Of a stretch of 58,896 nucleotides of DNA, positions 1-8,409 are shown in pieces. The notes under the pieces were generated by a model. That model made no database searches, was not told where the DNA came from, and was given only the letters and a program-made list of their open reading frames with translations. Source of the DNA: an uncultured Gammaproteobacteria bacterium (GTDB lineage: Bacteria; Patescibacteriota; Patescibacteriia; Magasanikbacterales; UBA922); contig CAZTEU010000004.1 of the NCBI GenBank assembly GCA_964612105.1, positions 1-58,896 of the forward strand, written 5' to 3'. A program made the translations under genes and the position numbers. How positions within the stretch are numbered: position 1 is the stretch's first letter; every line of letters starts with the position of its first letter.

Positions 1-70
1 ACCCCGCTGAGGGTTTTTTATTTATCAAAAAAAATGCTATACTGAAAGAGCTATTTTTTAAAAACTACCT

Positions 71-946
71 ATGGACACAAAAATAAAACCAGAAGCTGAA
101 AATGAAGAAACACATAACAACATAGAAAATACAGAAAAAATTCAAAAAACCGCACAGGTTGTTCACCCAACATGGACAATTGTAGTAATGATCGTTGCGT
201 TGACTGCCTTCGTGTTTGGAGGAGCAGGTTTTTTTGTTGCGAAGCTCGTGTGGAAGGATAGAGTGGACAACACTATTTCCCCTAGTGAGACAAACAAAAA
301 AACACCCACACTAACTACTATATCCTCGCCACAAAAAACAGAGACTTTATCAGGAAATACTCAAAAGTTAGAAAAAGTCGCCAACACTAAAAAAGATAGT
401 ACGCAATCGAGCATTAATACTGTTACTGTTATTAAAGAACCTAGCGAGCCCTCAACCCCTCCCCCTAATAACGACCCCACAAAAATACCAGACCACATTC
501 TAGAAACAATTGACCCTGTTGATCTTGCGTCATTTGAATTATTATCTGAAGGTTATTTCAACTACGAAAGCCCTCTTGGCTATTATATTTCAATTCATAG
601 AGATTGGGACTTTGAAGTAATGCCAAGTGGCGGTGAGGACTATTATTATATAGATGGAGAAGACGCAATATTGCGCATCTACCCAACCCTTCTTTCGTTA
701 GACCAGTGGATTGAAGAATATAATAAAAAAGATTTTGGTAATGGTTTCCCTCGAGTAAAATCATTTAGTGACTCTATTATAGACCACAATCCCGCACAAA
801 AAATTATCGCGTCCACTACCTGGGGAGATGATACAGAAATACACGTCTATTATATTCCTCGCAACGGCAAACCCTCTCTAGTTATAGAACTCTTTCCACA
901 CCACGAAGTACATAAAAACATGCTTAGAACTTTTGATATTATATAG
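71..946 (+). CDS. Membrane-anchored hypothetical surface protein (one N-terminal TM helix, Thr/Pro-rich linker, small C-terminal globular domain)
   Basis: 291-aa ORF; TM segment WTIVVMIVALTAFVFGGAGFFVA; T/S/P-rich stalk; TGCTATACT -10-like site upstream. Confidence 0.7.
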   Translation: MDTKIKPEAENEETHNNIENTEKIQKTAQVVHPTWTIVVMIVALTAFVFGGAGFFVAKLVWKDRVDNTISPSETNKKTPTLTTISSPQKTETLSGNTQKLEKVANTKKDSTQSSINTVTVIKEPSEPSTPPPNNDPTKIPDHILETIDPVDLASFELLSEGYFNYESPLGYYISIHRDWDFEVMPSGGEDYYYIDGEDAILRIYPTLLSLDQWIEEYNKKDFGNGFPRVKSFSDSIIDHNPAQKIIASTTWGDDTEIHVYYIPRNGKPSLVIELFPHHEVHKNMLRTFDII

Positions 947-950
947 TTAA

Positions 951-1454
951 ATGAATTTGACAATAATTGAAATAACTAGAATCGCTTATATTGTTTTGAG
1001 CACAACGGTTTTTATTGTATTTATTCTGCATCTTAAAAAACAAAAATTAGCAAACCCTAGTCAATTATTTTGGCCAATTATTCTCTTAGCTACCTCTTTC
1101 GCACTTCTTTTATTTCTTGGTTATCAAATATTTGTTGACACAATATCCTTTGAAAAATCGCGTGGAGAGGTGGTAGAATATGTTCAGGTAGACAATTGGT
1201 TATACGCCAAAATTAAATATGTTGATAATAGTGGTAATGAACAAGTCGGAACCAGTGTTTGGGGAGAAAATTCTCAAAATTACAAAATTGGAGAAACAGT
1301 TCCTTTATTATATGATTCAAATGATCCGACAAAAATAAAAATTTCATATAAGCTTATATACTCTATTCTCACATATCTTATAGTTTTCTTTGGAGGCTTC
1401 GGTCTGGTTTACCACTTCAAGAAACTTCCACGCTCATATTTTAGAAATCAATAG
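951..1454 (+). CDS. Membrane protein, DUF3592-like
   Basis: Three TM segments around a soluble beta region ending YKIGETVPLLYDSNDP, typical of DUF3592. Confidence 0.55.
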   Translation: MNLTIIEITRIAYIVLSTTVFIVFILHLKKQKLANPSQLFWPIILLATSFALLLFLGYQIFVDTISFEKSRGEVVEYVQVDNWLYAKIKYVDNSGNEQVGTSVWGENSQNYKIGETVPLLYDSNDPTKIKISYKLIYSILTYLIVFFGGFGLVYHFKKLPRSYFRNQ

Positions 1455-1606
1455 GGTGTTTGCACGCAAAGAAACAAACATCATTCTGGAGCACTTCCTC
1501 AATCCCCACCCAATCCAAAGTTCTGAACATGCCCCATATCCGACCCCGCTGGTGGGTTTTTTTATTATCAAAAAAACACCAAAGTTGGTATCTTTCTAAT
1601 TTCTGT

Positions 1607-2278
1607 TTAGAGCTTTTCAAATTTCTTATCACCCTGCTCCTTAGCGGCATCTTCCTCCTCGATTTCTTTTACCGCATCCAATATGTTCAATACCCCTTCA
1701 ATAGCATACTGCCCATCATAGTTGAGGTTGTATTTTTTATAAAGATGACTACCGAGATGGTCTGGATTTTCTGCCAATTCTTCATCTTCGAACATTTCGG
1801 GTCGAAAGTTTTGCAATCTTAAATTTCTGTCTTTATCCATAAATGCAAGTCGCAAGCCGAGCTCTTGTTTTGTACCACCATCTGCCCACTGAGATTCAGT
1901 TCTCTGGCGTGCAGACTGAGGCTCCACATTATCCAAATAACTTTCTAGTACTGCCTGCACTTTCATTCCCCACTCTTGGTCATTATGCTCAATATCTGAT
2001 GCCTGCTCTTGCTTGTGCACGGGTCCACCACCAAATATGACCCCATACTTAGTGTTCCCAATTGGGAGCTTGTCCTGAAGTCTCCTTGCGAATTTATGAT
2101 CAGTATCTATACGACGAAATATAGCTTCAATGTCGGCGTCAGTTGCAACAACATCTGCATGTTCCATAACCTCATCTATAGATTCAAATTTTCTGTAAAC
2201 CTCGTCTACACCAGGCTTTCCTTCCTCATTTGATACTACTCTTAGATGCCTTGGCACCTCTCTGGCTGTTTCTGACAT
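1607..2278 (-). CDS. Acidic hypothetical protein
   Basis: Long ORF; start trimmed to MSETARE; Glu/Asp rich; no recognisable motif. Confidence 0.65.
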   Translation of the reverse strand: MSETAREVPRHLRVVSNEEGKPGVDEVYRKFESIDEVMEHADVVATDADIEAIFRRIDTDHKFARRLQDKLPIGNTKYGVIFGGGPVHKQEQASDIEHNDQEWGMKVQAVLESYLDNVEPQSARQRTESQWADGGTKQELGLRLAFMDKDRNLRLQNFRPEMFEDEELAENPDHLGSHLYKKYNLNYDGQYAIEGVLNILDAVKEIEEEDAAKEQGDKKFEKL

Positions 2279-2387
2279 ATTAGTAATTTTATTTTTAATG
2301 CATATATTATTGCATATCAATCTGTAAAAGAAAAGTTCTAATAGATCCTACTAACCCACCCCGCTGGCGGGTTTTTTTATTTGTGTC

Positions 2388-2464
2388 AAAAAAACACCAT
2401 GGTTGGTGTTCTTTTGTTGCTCCCGAACCACGTCCGCAGAGCAATGTTGCACTGGTGGTTCGGG
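2388..2464 (-). terminator. 3' module: CCCGAACCAC...GTGGTTCGGG hairpin plus intrinsic terminator
   Basis: 10-bp perfect stem 2422-2431/2455-2464, then ACACC/GGTGT stem with T7 on the minus strand. Confidence 0.75.
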
Positions 2465-2473
2465 TCCCCTTTC

Positions 2474-2689
2474 TCACGCAGGCGTGACACTTTTGACAGA
2501 GTCAGCTCTAAACACGTACTCGGCACCGTGCCCCCAACGAATCCAAACAGACTGTTTGCCGACACGCATGTCTCCTCTGTATACATCAACCCTTACAGGT
2601 TCTTGTGGTGCGCTTTCTGCTCCTGGAGCGAACTGGAAGACAAGTGTGTCGTATCCCATCATGAGCTCAAAAATCTTTCTGATGTTCAT
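2474..2689 (-). CDS. Small GC-rich hypothetical protein (71 aa)
   Basis: Strong SD CAGGAGGGGGAG before ATG; ends just before the 3' hairpin module. Confidence 0.65.
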   Translation of the reverse strand: MNIRKIFELMMGYDTLVFQFAPGAESAPQEPVRVDVYRGDMRVGKQSVWIRWGHGAEYVFRADSVKSVTPA

Positions 2690-2720
2690 CTACTCCCCCT
2701 CCTGGCTTTGTTTTTTGAGG

Positions 2721-2969
2721 CTATGCCAGAGACATCTCATCAATCTTCCTCGTGTTTTCCTGACGCATAGCATGGAAGCGCATAAGCGCTCTCAAGATGT
2801 CGCCTGTAGATTTGCTCTTGTCTACATCAAAACCAGAGCTTTCGCACATTGCGAGCACAACATTGCGCCGCAAATCCTTGTCCTCTTGAGACTCTTCTGC
2901 ACACAGTCCGCAGTACGGGTTATCCAACAAGGGATCACCTATACAACTACAACGACAAGCTCTACACAT
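2721..2969 (-). CDS. Small Cys-rich (putative Zn-binding) hypothetical protein (82 aa)
   Basis: SD AAAGGAGGG; CxxC...CxxC pattern (CRAC...CGLC). Confidence 0.65.
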   Translation of the reverse strand: MCRACRCSCIGDPLLDNPYCGLCAEESQEDKDLRRNVVLAMCESSGFDVDKSKSTGDILRALMRFHAMRQENTRKIDEMSLA

Positions 2970-3138
2970 GCTTTCCCTCCTTTGGTGATTGGTGAGTACT
3001 TACTAGTATATGATAATAATTAAAAAAACACCATTGCTGGTGAGCCAAGTAAAATAATTATATTACACATTATCTCTCTATTGTAGTAATATATATGTAA
3101 AATTTGAAGTCTGGTGGAAAACCCTAAAATAATTCATC

Positions 3139-4695
3139 ATGAGATCTATATCCAAAAAATTAGCAATTTATATATTTATTGTTGTTAGTTTATCTACATG
3201 GCTCGCATTGTTTTTTGTGCGACCAATAGATATAGGGTCTGGAGACATTGGAAGGCACCTAAAAAACGGAGAGATAATTGTATCATCACTAAAATCCGGA
3301 GAGGGTATACATAATTTATTAAACACAAACTATTATTCATACACTCATACAGAATTTCCTTTTGTTAACCACCATTGGGGTACAGGTGTGGTGCTGTACT
3401 TAGTGTGGTCTGTTGGTGGTTTTGTTGGTTTGCAGGTGTTTGGGTTTTTATTAGCTCTTGCGACTCTTTTGTTCTCCTACAATCTTGCAATAAAAAGATC
3501 CAGTTTGTATGTTGCAACGCCTTTTGTTTTTCTAATCACTCCACTTTTAGCAAACAGGCGTAATATACGTCCAGAACTGTTTAGTTATTTATTCATAGCA
3601 GTTCTTCTCTGGCTGCTGTATAGTTACAAAGAGACAAGAGATAAAAAGTTGCTGTACATAATTCCGTTTTTATTCTTGCTCTGGATTAATCTTCATATTT
3701 ATTTCATATTCGGATTGTTTATCCTGGGAGTTTTCATATTAGATGAAGCAAAGCAGTGGAACAAGAGAGGTTTGGAGGTAAAAAAACTTAGCATGGCACT
3801 TGTTACAAGTTTGTTGCTAATGCTAATAAACCCTTTTGGGATTAAAGCAATAATATATCCCTTCACTGTGTTTGGTAACTACGGAATAGAAGTTAGTGAG
3901 ATTGCTTCTGTAACAAAAGCTAATGCAGTAGTGTTTAGCCAAAGCATAGCAACGACTTTCTATTTGTCACTATTTGTCTTGTTGGTAAGTCTTCTATATC
4001 TCATGATAAGCAAAAGGAAAGAAAGTCTTTTTGTAGACACTGTTTTGGCTATAATATTCTCTGCTCTGGCTTGGATGATAGTAAGAAATATAGCTATGTT
4101 TGCAATTGTTACTCTTCCAATTATTTCTGCAAGTGTGTGTATGCTTGTTAGCAAATTAGAAATATGGGAAAACAAAAATACAAAGTATTCTTTTGTGGCT
4201 ATTTCACTGGTTATTGTATTGGGAATATCCTTCACAAGAATCCCTCATGCCTGGAGTGCAGTTGGGTCCGGTATTACAATAGGTTCACAAGAAGCAGGTG
4301 AGTTTATTAGAGATAATGATATATCTGGACCACTTATTAATGATTTTAACTCCGGTGGGTATGCATCGTGGTATCTTTTTCCAGAACTACAATTGTTTGT
4401 AGATAATCGCCCAGAAGCATTTCCTGCAAATTTCTTTGTAGATGAATATACACCAATGCTTATCGATGAAGACGTGTGGTACAAGGTAGAAGAGAAATAC
4501 AGCCCAAATGTAATTTTATTAGGCTTCGAGGGGGCACCGAAACAGGTTACTTACTTTACTGCCAAAAGAATACAGGATCCGGGTTGGGTTCCTGTGTTTA
4601 TAAACAAAAAACATATTGTACTTGTAAAAAAACACGAGCGTAATGCCCGTGTAATAAATGAATTTGCAATTCCAGACAGTGTGTTTAGCTTCTAG
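3139..4695 (+). CDS. Polytopic membrane protein, probable GT-C fold glycosyltransferase
   Basis: 518 aa, about 12 TM segments; D..H...G, RPELFS, LW.NLH, NPFG and F.D.R motifs typical of this family. Confidence 0.6.
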   Translation: MRSISKKLAIYIFIVVSLSTWLALFFVRPIDIGSGDIGRHLKNGEIIVSSLKSGEGIHNLLNTNYYSYTHTEFPFVNHHWGTGVVLYLVWSVGGFVGLQVFGFLLALATLLFSYNLAIKRSSLYVATPFVFLITPLLANRRNIRPELFSYLFIAVLLWLLYSYKETRDKKLLYIIPFLFLLWINLHIYFIFGLFILGVFILDEAKQWNKRGLEVKKLSMALVTSLLLMLINPFGIKAIIYPFTVFGNYGIEVSEIASVTKANAVVFSQSIATTFYLSLFVLLVSLLYLMISKRKESLFVDTVLAIIFSALAWMIVRNIAMFAIVTLPIISASVCMLVSKLEIWENKNTKYSFVAISLVIVLGISFTRIPHAWSAVGSGITIGSQEAGEFIRDNDISGPLINDFNSGGYASWYLFPELQLFVDNRPEAFPANFFVDEYTPMLIDEDVWYKVEEKYSPNVILLGFEGAPKQVTYFTAKRIQDPGWVPVFINKKHIVLVKKHERNARVINEFAIPDSVFSF

Positions 4696-4700
4696 TCAAA

Positions 4701-5450
4701 CTATTCCAACCAAAGCAACGCCAACATAATACCAATTCCCAAGAGGAAGGCTATAAATTGCACGATAGACTTTCTCAGTCTTACTTCTTTGTGTATTTCT
4801 GGAATTAAGTCAGCAGATGAAATATATATAAACGACCCTGCCGCAAACGGAACTAGTAGGCTTGCAAAGCTCTCTGCACGAAAACCAATTAGCAAAGCAA
4901 CAACTACACCAAGCACAGCAACAAGAGCTGTAACAAGATTAAGGAAAAGTGCCTTGCCTTTTGTAAATCCACCGTGTACCAAAACAGCAAAGTCACTAAT
5001 CTCTTGTGGAATCTCATGGAGAATTACAGCAATAGTTGTGGCTATTCCTATTGGTATACTAACCAGATAACTTGCTCCTATAATAAGTCCGTCTATAAAA
5101 TTATGAACACTATCTCCAAGCAGGTTCATAATTGCAAAGGGGTGTACATGATGTTCTGTGGGAGTGTGATGACAATGTCTCCAGTGAATAACTTTTTCTA
5201 CCAAAAAGAGAATGGCTATTCCAAGTAGAATAGATAATGAAACCTCTATGGTAAAGCCCTTTTCTTCTACTGCTTCTGGAAGTAGGTGGATAAATGCATC
5301 TCCAAGCATTGCTCCTGCAGCAAAGCTTACAAACACAAATAAAGCTCTGTTAAGAAGTTTTGTTTTTACAGATAAAGTAAATATTCCAATAAGGGATATT
5401 GCACTTACTGCTAGCACGCTTATAATTGCGGCGAACCAAATGTCTGTCAT
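4701..5450 (-). CDS. ZIP family metal transporter
   Basis: AGAMLGDAFIHLLPEA, His-rich loop, HNFIDG and HEIPQE signatures. Confidence 0.95.
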   Translation of the reverse strand: MTDIWFAAIISVLAVSAISLIGIFTLSVKTKLLNRALFVFVSFAAGAMLGDAFIHLLPEAVEEKGFTIEVSLSILLGIAILFLVEKVIHWRHCHHTPTEHHVHPFAIMNLLGDSVHNFIDGLIIGASYLVSIPIGIATTIAVILHEIPQEISDFAVLVHGGFTKGKALFLNLVTALVAVLGVVVALLIGFRAESFASLLVPFAAGSFIYISSADLIPEIHKEVRLRKSIVQFIAFLLGIGIMLALLWLE

Positions 5451-5502
5451 AATAAAATATTTAGTGTCTTAATAAGATAACTCAAAAATAGAAAGTAGTC
5501 AA

Positions 5503-6576
5503 TCAGCCCACCCCTATCTGGTTAATAATCCAGGCTATTATAATAACCTGAGGTAGGGTAATTAAAGGAAGAAAGAAAGCTGTCTTCCATGAACCAGTTG
5601 TCTCTTTAAGAGATAAAATTTCTGTATAGTCTGTAGAAACTCCTGTCATTAGGAATGCAAAAGAGTTTCCTGGAGCGCCTGCTCTTGTAAGAAGATCGGC
5701 AGCAATTGGAGTAGACCCCTCGGAACAGACCTCTAGTATGGTTGCTACTAGTATTGTTAGTGCTAACCCAACAACAGAAGGACCAAAATATGTTGCAAAG
5801 TGCTCTGGAGAGATAAAAGTACGGATTAGTGAAGCAAGAATTACACCAAAGAATATCCATCTTAGGATCATCCTAGACCCGAGTAAACCGTCTACAACCA
5901 CCCTTACCAAAGCTCTCGGCCTCACACTCACATTCTTAAGAAGCTCTTTTGCCTCTTTTTTCAAGGAGAAGTTTTTAGGTAAATCCAAAGTGTTAGTATT
6001 TTTTGGTAGCTTTCCTCTTCTAACAAGATAATCAAAAAATAATCCAGAAACAATCCCTATAACCATCGAAACAAGCAAGAATATAAGTGTCCACCAAAAA
6101 CCAATAAGCGCCCAAAGTACAAAAGTAAGAGAAAGAGAGTTCCATGGACTTGCTATTAGAAATGCCATTGTCTGACCAAGACTTGCTCCTTTTTTGTATA
6201 ATTGCATTCCAACAAGCAGAACACCGTGAGAGCACAAATCAAGTAAGATGCCCGCTCCTGTTGCTCTTAATATTCCGGAGAAGGTTCCTCCTCTGCCCAG
6301 AACTCCTGCTAAAAACTCACGAGGCATATGTTTTAATAAACCAACAAACACTATTCCCAACAACAACCCCCATGCCATCTTGTTCATGAGCTCATAAATG
6401 CTGTCAGAAAAAACTGAAGTTGCCTCATTCGTGAAAAAACCCAAACCACCAACATATGAATAGACGTAAGCTAATACCAAAACAACAAAAGTAGCCCAGA
6501 GAAAATAGTCTATCCTCTTTTTCTTTTCTTTCTTTTTATCTTTACAACAAGATTTATCATGATCATTGTGATTCAT
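5503..6576 (-). CDS. Predicted permease (ArsP/DUF318 family)
   Basis: Duplicated CS motifs (LDLCSHG, LEVCSEG), AFL.A.P, multiple TM segments. Confidence 0.85.
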   Translation of the reverse strand: MNHNDHDKSCCKDKKKEKKKRIDYFLWATFVVLVLAYVYSYVGGLGFFTNEATSVFSDSIYELMNKMAWGLLLGIVFVGLLKHMPREFLAGVLGRGGTFSGILRATGAGILLDLCSHGVLLVGMQLYKKGASLGQTMAFLIASPWNSLSLTFVLWALIGFWWTLIFLLVSMVIGIVSGLFFDYLVRRGKLPKNTNTLDLPKNFSLKKEAKELLKNVSVRPRALVRVVVDGLLGSRMILRWIFFGVILASLIRTFISPEHFATYFGPSVVGLALTILVATILEVCSEGSTPIAADLLTRAGAPGNSFAFLMTGVSTDYTEILSLKETTGSWKTAFFLPLITLPQVIIIAWIINQIGVG

Positions 6577-6585
6577 ACAACAAAA

Positions 6586-6867
6586 TTATTTATTCATTTT
6601 TTTGAACAAAAAAAGCAGTTCATCTACTGTATTCTTTTTTCCTTTCTTTAGTCCTTCTGCAACACATCCATGTAGGTGGCAATCCAGCAACAAAATCTCC
6701 ACTTGTTTCATTGCGTTCTTGACTGCGGTGGTCTGTTGGAGAATGTCCATGCAGTACCTATCCTCGTTTACCATGCTTATTACTTTATTAAGATGTCCCC
6801 CAATTGTTTTTAGACGCTTATCTATAGATGCTTTGTTGCAACTGTTCTCACAAGTTTTGTTTTTCAT
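6586..6867 (-). CDS. csoR: CsoR/RcnR family metal-sensing repressor
   Basis: RLKTIGGHL...M...RYCMDILQQ...H...C signature. Confidence 0.88.
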   Translation of the reverse strand: MKNKTCENSCNKASIDKRLKTIGGHLNKVISMVNEDRYCMDILQQTTAVKNAMKQVEILLLDCHLHGCVAEGLKKGKKNTVDELLFLFKKMNK

Positions 6868-6880
6868 AATTATATTGGTT

Positions 6881-6906
6881 ATCCCTCCCCCTGGGGGTAT
6901 GGGTAT
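6881..6906. promoter_or_regulatory. Putative CsoR operator
   Basis: Imperfect C-tract/G-tract palindrome ATCCCTCCCCCTGGGGGTATGGGTAT between the minus-strand promoter (TTGACA at 6930-6935) and the csoR start. Confidence 0.7.
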
Positions 6907-6997
6907 ATAGTATCACAACATCCTATCCCTGTCAAGCCCTGCGTTCTACCATAACAAAACCGCCCAAATGGACGGTCTTTTATAACTATCTAATATT

Positions 6998-7492
6998 CTA
7001 TTTCAGCCACTTATACTTCTTTACTAACCCTGTCTTCCCCCACCATGACCCTAGTCCAAATTTTTCTGCAGAATTAGTTTGTAGCAGACCAATAAGAACA
7101 AGGATATATATAATATGATCATCTATTATTGGGTTGTGCTCTGGCGGTAGTGCAGCTAACCACATTAATAACATCATAAGGGATCCGCTCCAAACAGCAA
7201 TTTTCATGCCAATTCCAAGGATTAGGGCTAATCCTATTAACAGAAGCCCGAGCATAAACAACCAGTCGACCACAGGACTACCTGCCATAGCTTGAAACAC
7301 TCCAGCTAAAGGACCTTTGGTACCAAACTTTAGGAATCCCATGGTTGGAGACGCTCCTGTTAGCCAGTGTTTACCAGCCTCTGTAGCAAAACCAAGACCA
7401 AACACCTTGTCTATAAATGCCCAAAGAAAGATCCAGCCCAAACCTATACGCAGAAGCGCAGGTGTGTTTTTTGTGAGAAGTTTTCCACACAT
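6998..7492 (-). CDS. DoxX/DoxD family membrane protein
   Basis: LRIGLGWIFLWAFIDK...GLLLIGLALILG motif. Confidence 0.85.
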   Translation of the reverse strand: MCGKLLTKNTPALLRIGLGWIFLWAFIDKVFGLGFATEAGKHWLTGASPTMGFLKFGTKGPLAGVFQAMAGSPVVDWLFMLGLLLIGLALILGIGMKIAVWSGSLMMLLMWLAALPPEHNPIIDDHIIYILVLIGLLQTNSAEKFGLGSWWGKTGLVKKYKWLK

Positions 7493-7502
7493 ATTTGTTA
7501 TA

Positions 7503-8207
7503 TTAAGGACGAATAATTACTTTATTAACTTTTCCTCTAAACATTTCTGCTATTTCTTCTAACTCTTCATCAGAAAAAGACTTGTATCCTGCAAAAGATG
7601 GGTCTAAAACCTTACCTTCTCTAAACTTTTGTAAGTATAGCACTTTTGCACCTTCTATCATACCCGCCATATCCTCTAAAATCTCTTTTGTGTGTAGATC
7701 ACGAACCAAGGTTGACCTAAACTCATAATCCAAACCGCTATTCATTATCATTTTTATACTCTTCTCTATGTGTTCTGGTATTGCCCGCGAACCAACAAGT
7801 TCTTTATACAGAGGTGAACTGGTTTTTACATCCATTGCTACATAATCTACAATACCTTGTTCCAATATACTCTCCAACATGATTGGATTGTTTCCGTTTG
7901 TGTCTAATTTTACCAAGAAACCCATGTCTTTTATCTTTCTCATAAAATCTGGAAGATCCCTCATTATAGTTGGCTCTCCTCCTGTAATAACCACACCATC
8001 TAATAATCCTTTTCTATCATCCAAAAAGCGAAAGAATACATCTTCCGCTATAAAACTATCTTTTATTTGTTTAATTTTCTCAGGCAATACAAACTCTGGA
8101 TTGTGACAATAACCACACCTAAAATTACACCCAGGGGTAAACGCAATACAGGCAGTGCGATCCGGATAGTCTAGTACGGTAAATTTCTGTACACCGCTCA
8201 ATTGCAT
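7503..8207 (-). CDS. nrdG: Anaerobic ribonucleotide reductase activating enzyme (radical SAM)
   Basis: CNFRCGYCHNP, GVVITGGEP, KLDTNG; downstream of nrdD; start trimmed to MQLSG. Confidence 0.93.
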   Translation of the reverse strand: MQLSGVQKFTVLDYPDRTACIAFTPGCNFRCGYCHNPEFVLPEKIKQIKDSFIAEDVFFRFLDDRKGLLDGVVITGGEPTIMRDLPDFMRKIKDMGFLVKLDTNGNNPIMLESILEQGIVDYVAMDVKTSSPLYKELVGSRAIPEHIEKSIKMIMNSGLDYEFRSTLVRDLHTKEILEDMAGMIEGAKVLYLQKFREGKVLDPSFAGYKSFSDEELEEIAEMFRGKVNKVIIRP

Positions 8208-8212
8208 ACAAT

Positions 8213-8389
8213 CTAGCTGTACTGCTGTGTAAACTCTGAATTTGAAGCAATACACTCAACGAAGTGTTCTCTTTCGTAGTGTTCGGATTTCTTTCCTTTG
8301 TTGAATTGAGAAACAGGTCTGTAATATCCCATAACACGGGTCCAGACTTCGCAACGTGTGCGTTTGCTCTGTAATTCTTGTGATGTCAT
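8213..8389 (-). CDS. Stand-alone NrdD glycyl-radical C-terminal peptide (58 aa, absent from the ORF track)
   Basis: Hand translation MTSQELQSKRTRCEVWTRVMGYYRPVSQFNKGKKSEHYER...; RVMGY glycyl-radical motif. Confidence 0.9.
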   Translation of the reverse strand: MTSQELQSKRTRCEVWTRVMGYYRPVSQFNKGKKSEHYEREHFVECIASNSEFTQQYS

Positions 8390-8409
8390 AGTAAATTATT
8401 AAATATGTA

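Noticed and set aside
2422-2464. Calling the 3' modules integron attC sites
   Set aside because: Only two copies have the AAC/GTT core, they do not fit RYYYAAC/GTTRRRY, they are short, and no integrase is present. Kept only as a hypothesis.
2381-3023. Plus-strand ORFs 2381-2770 and 2403-3023
   Set aside because: They are antisense shadows of two SD-led minus-strand genes that have their own terminator.
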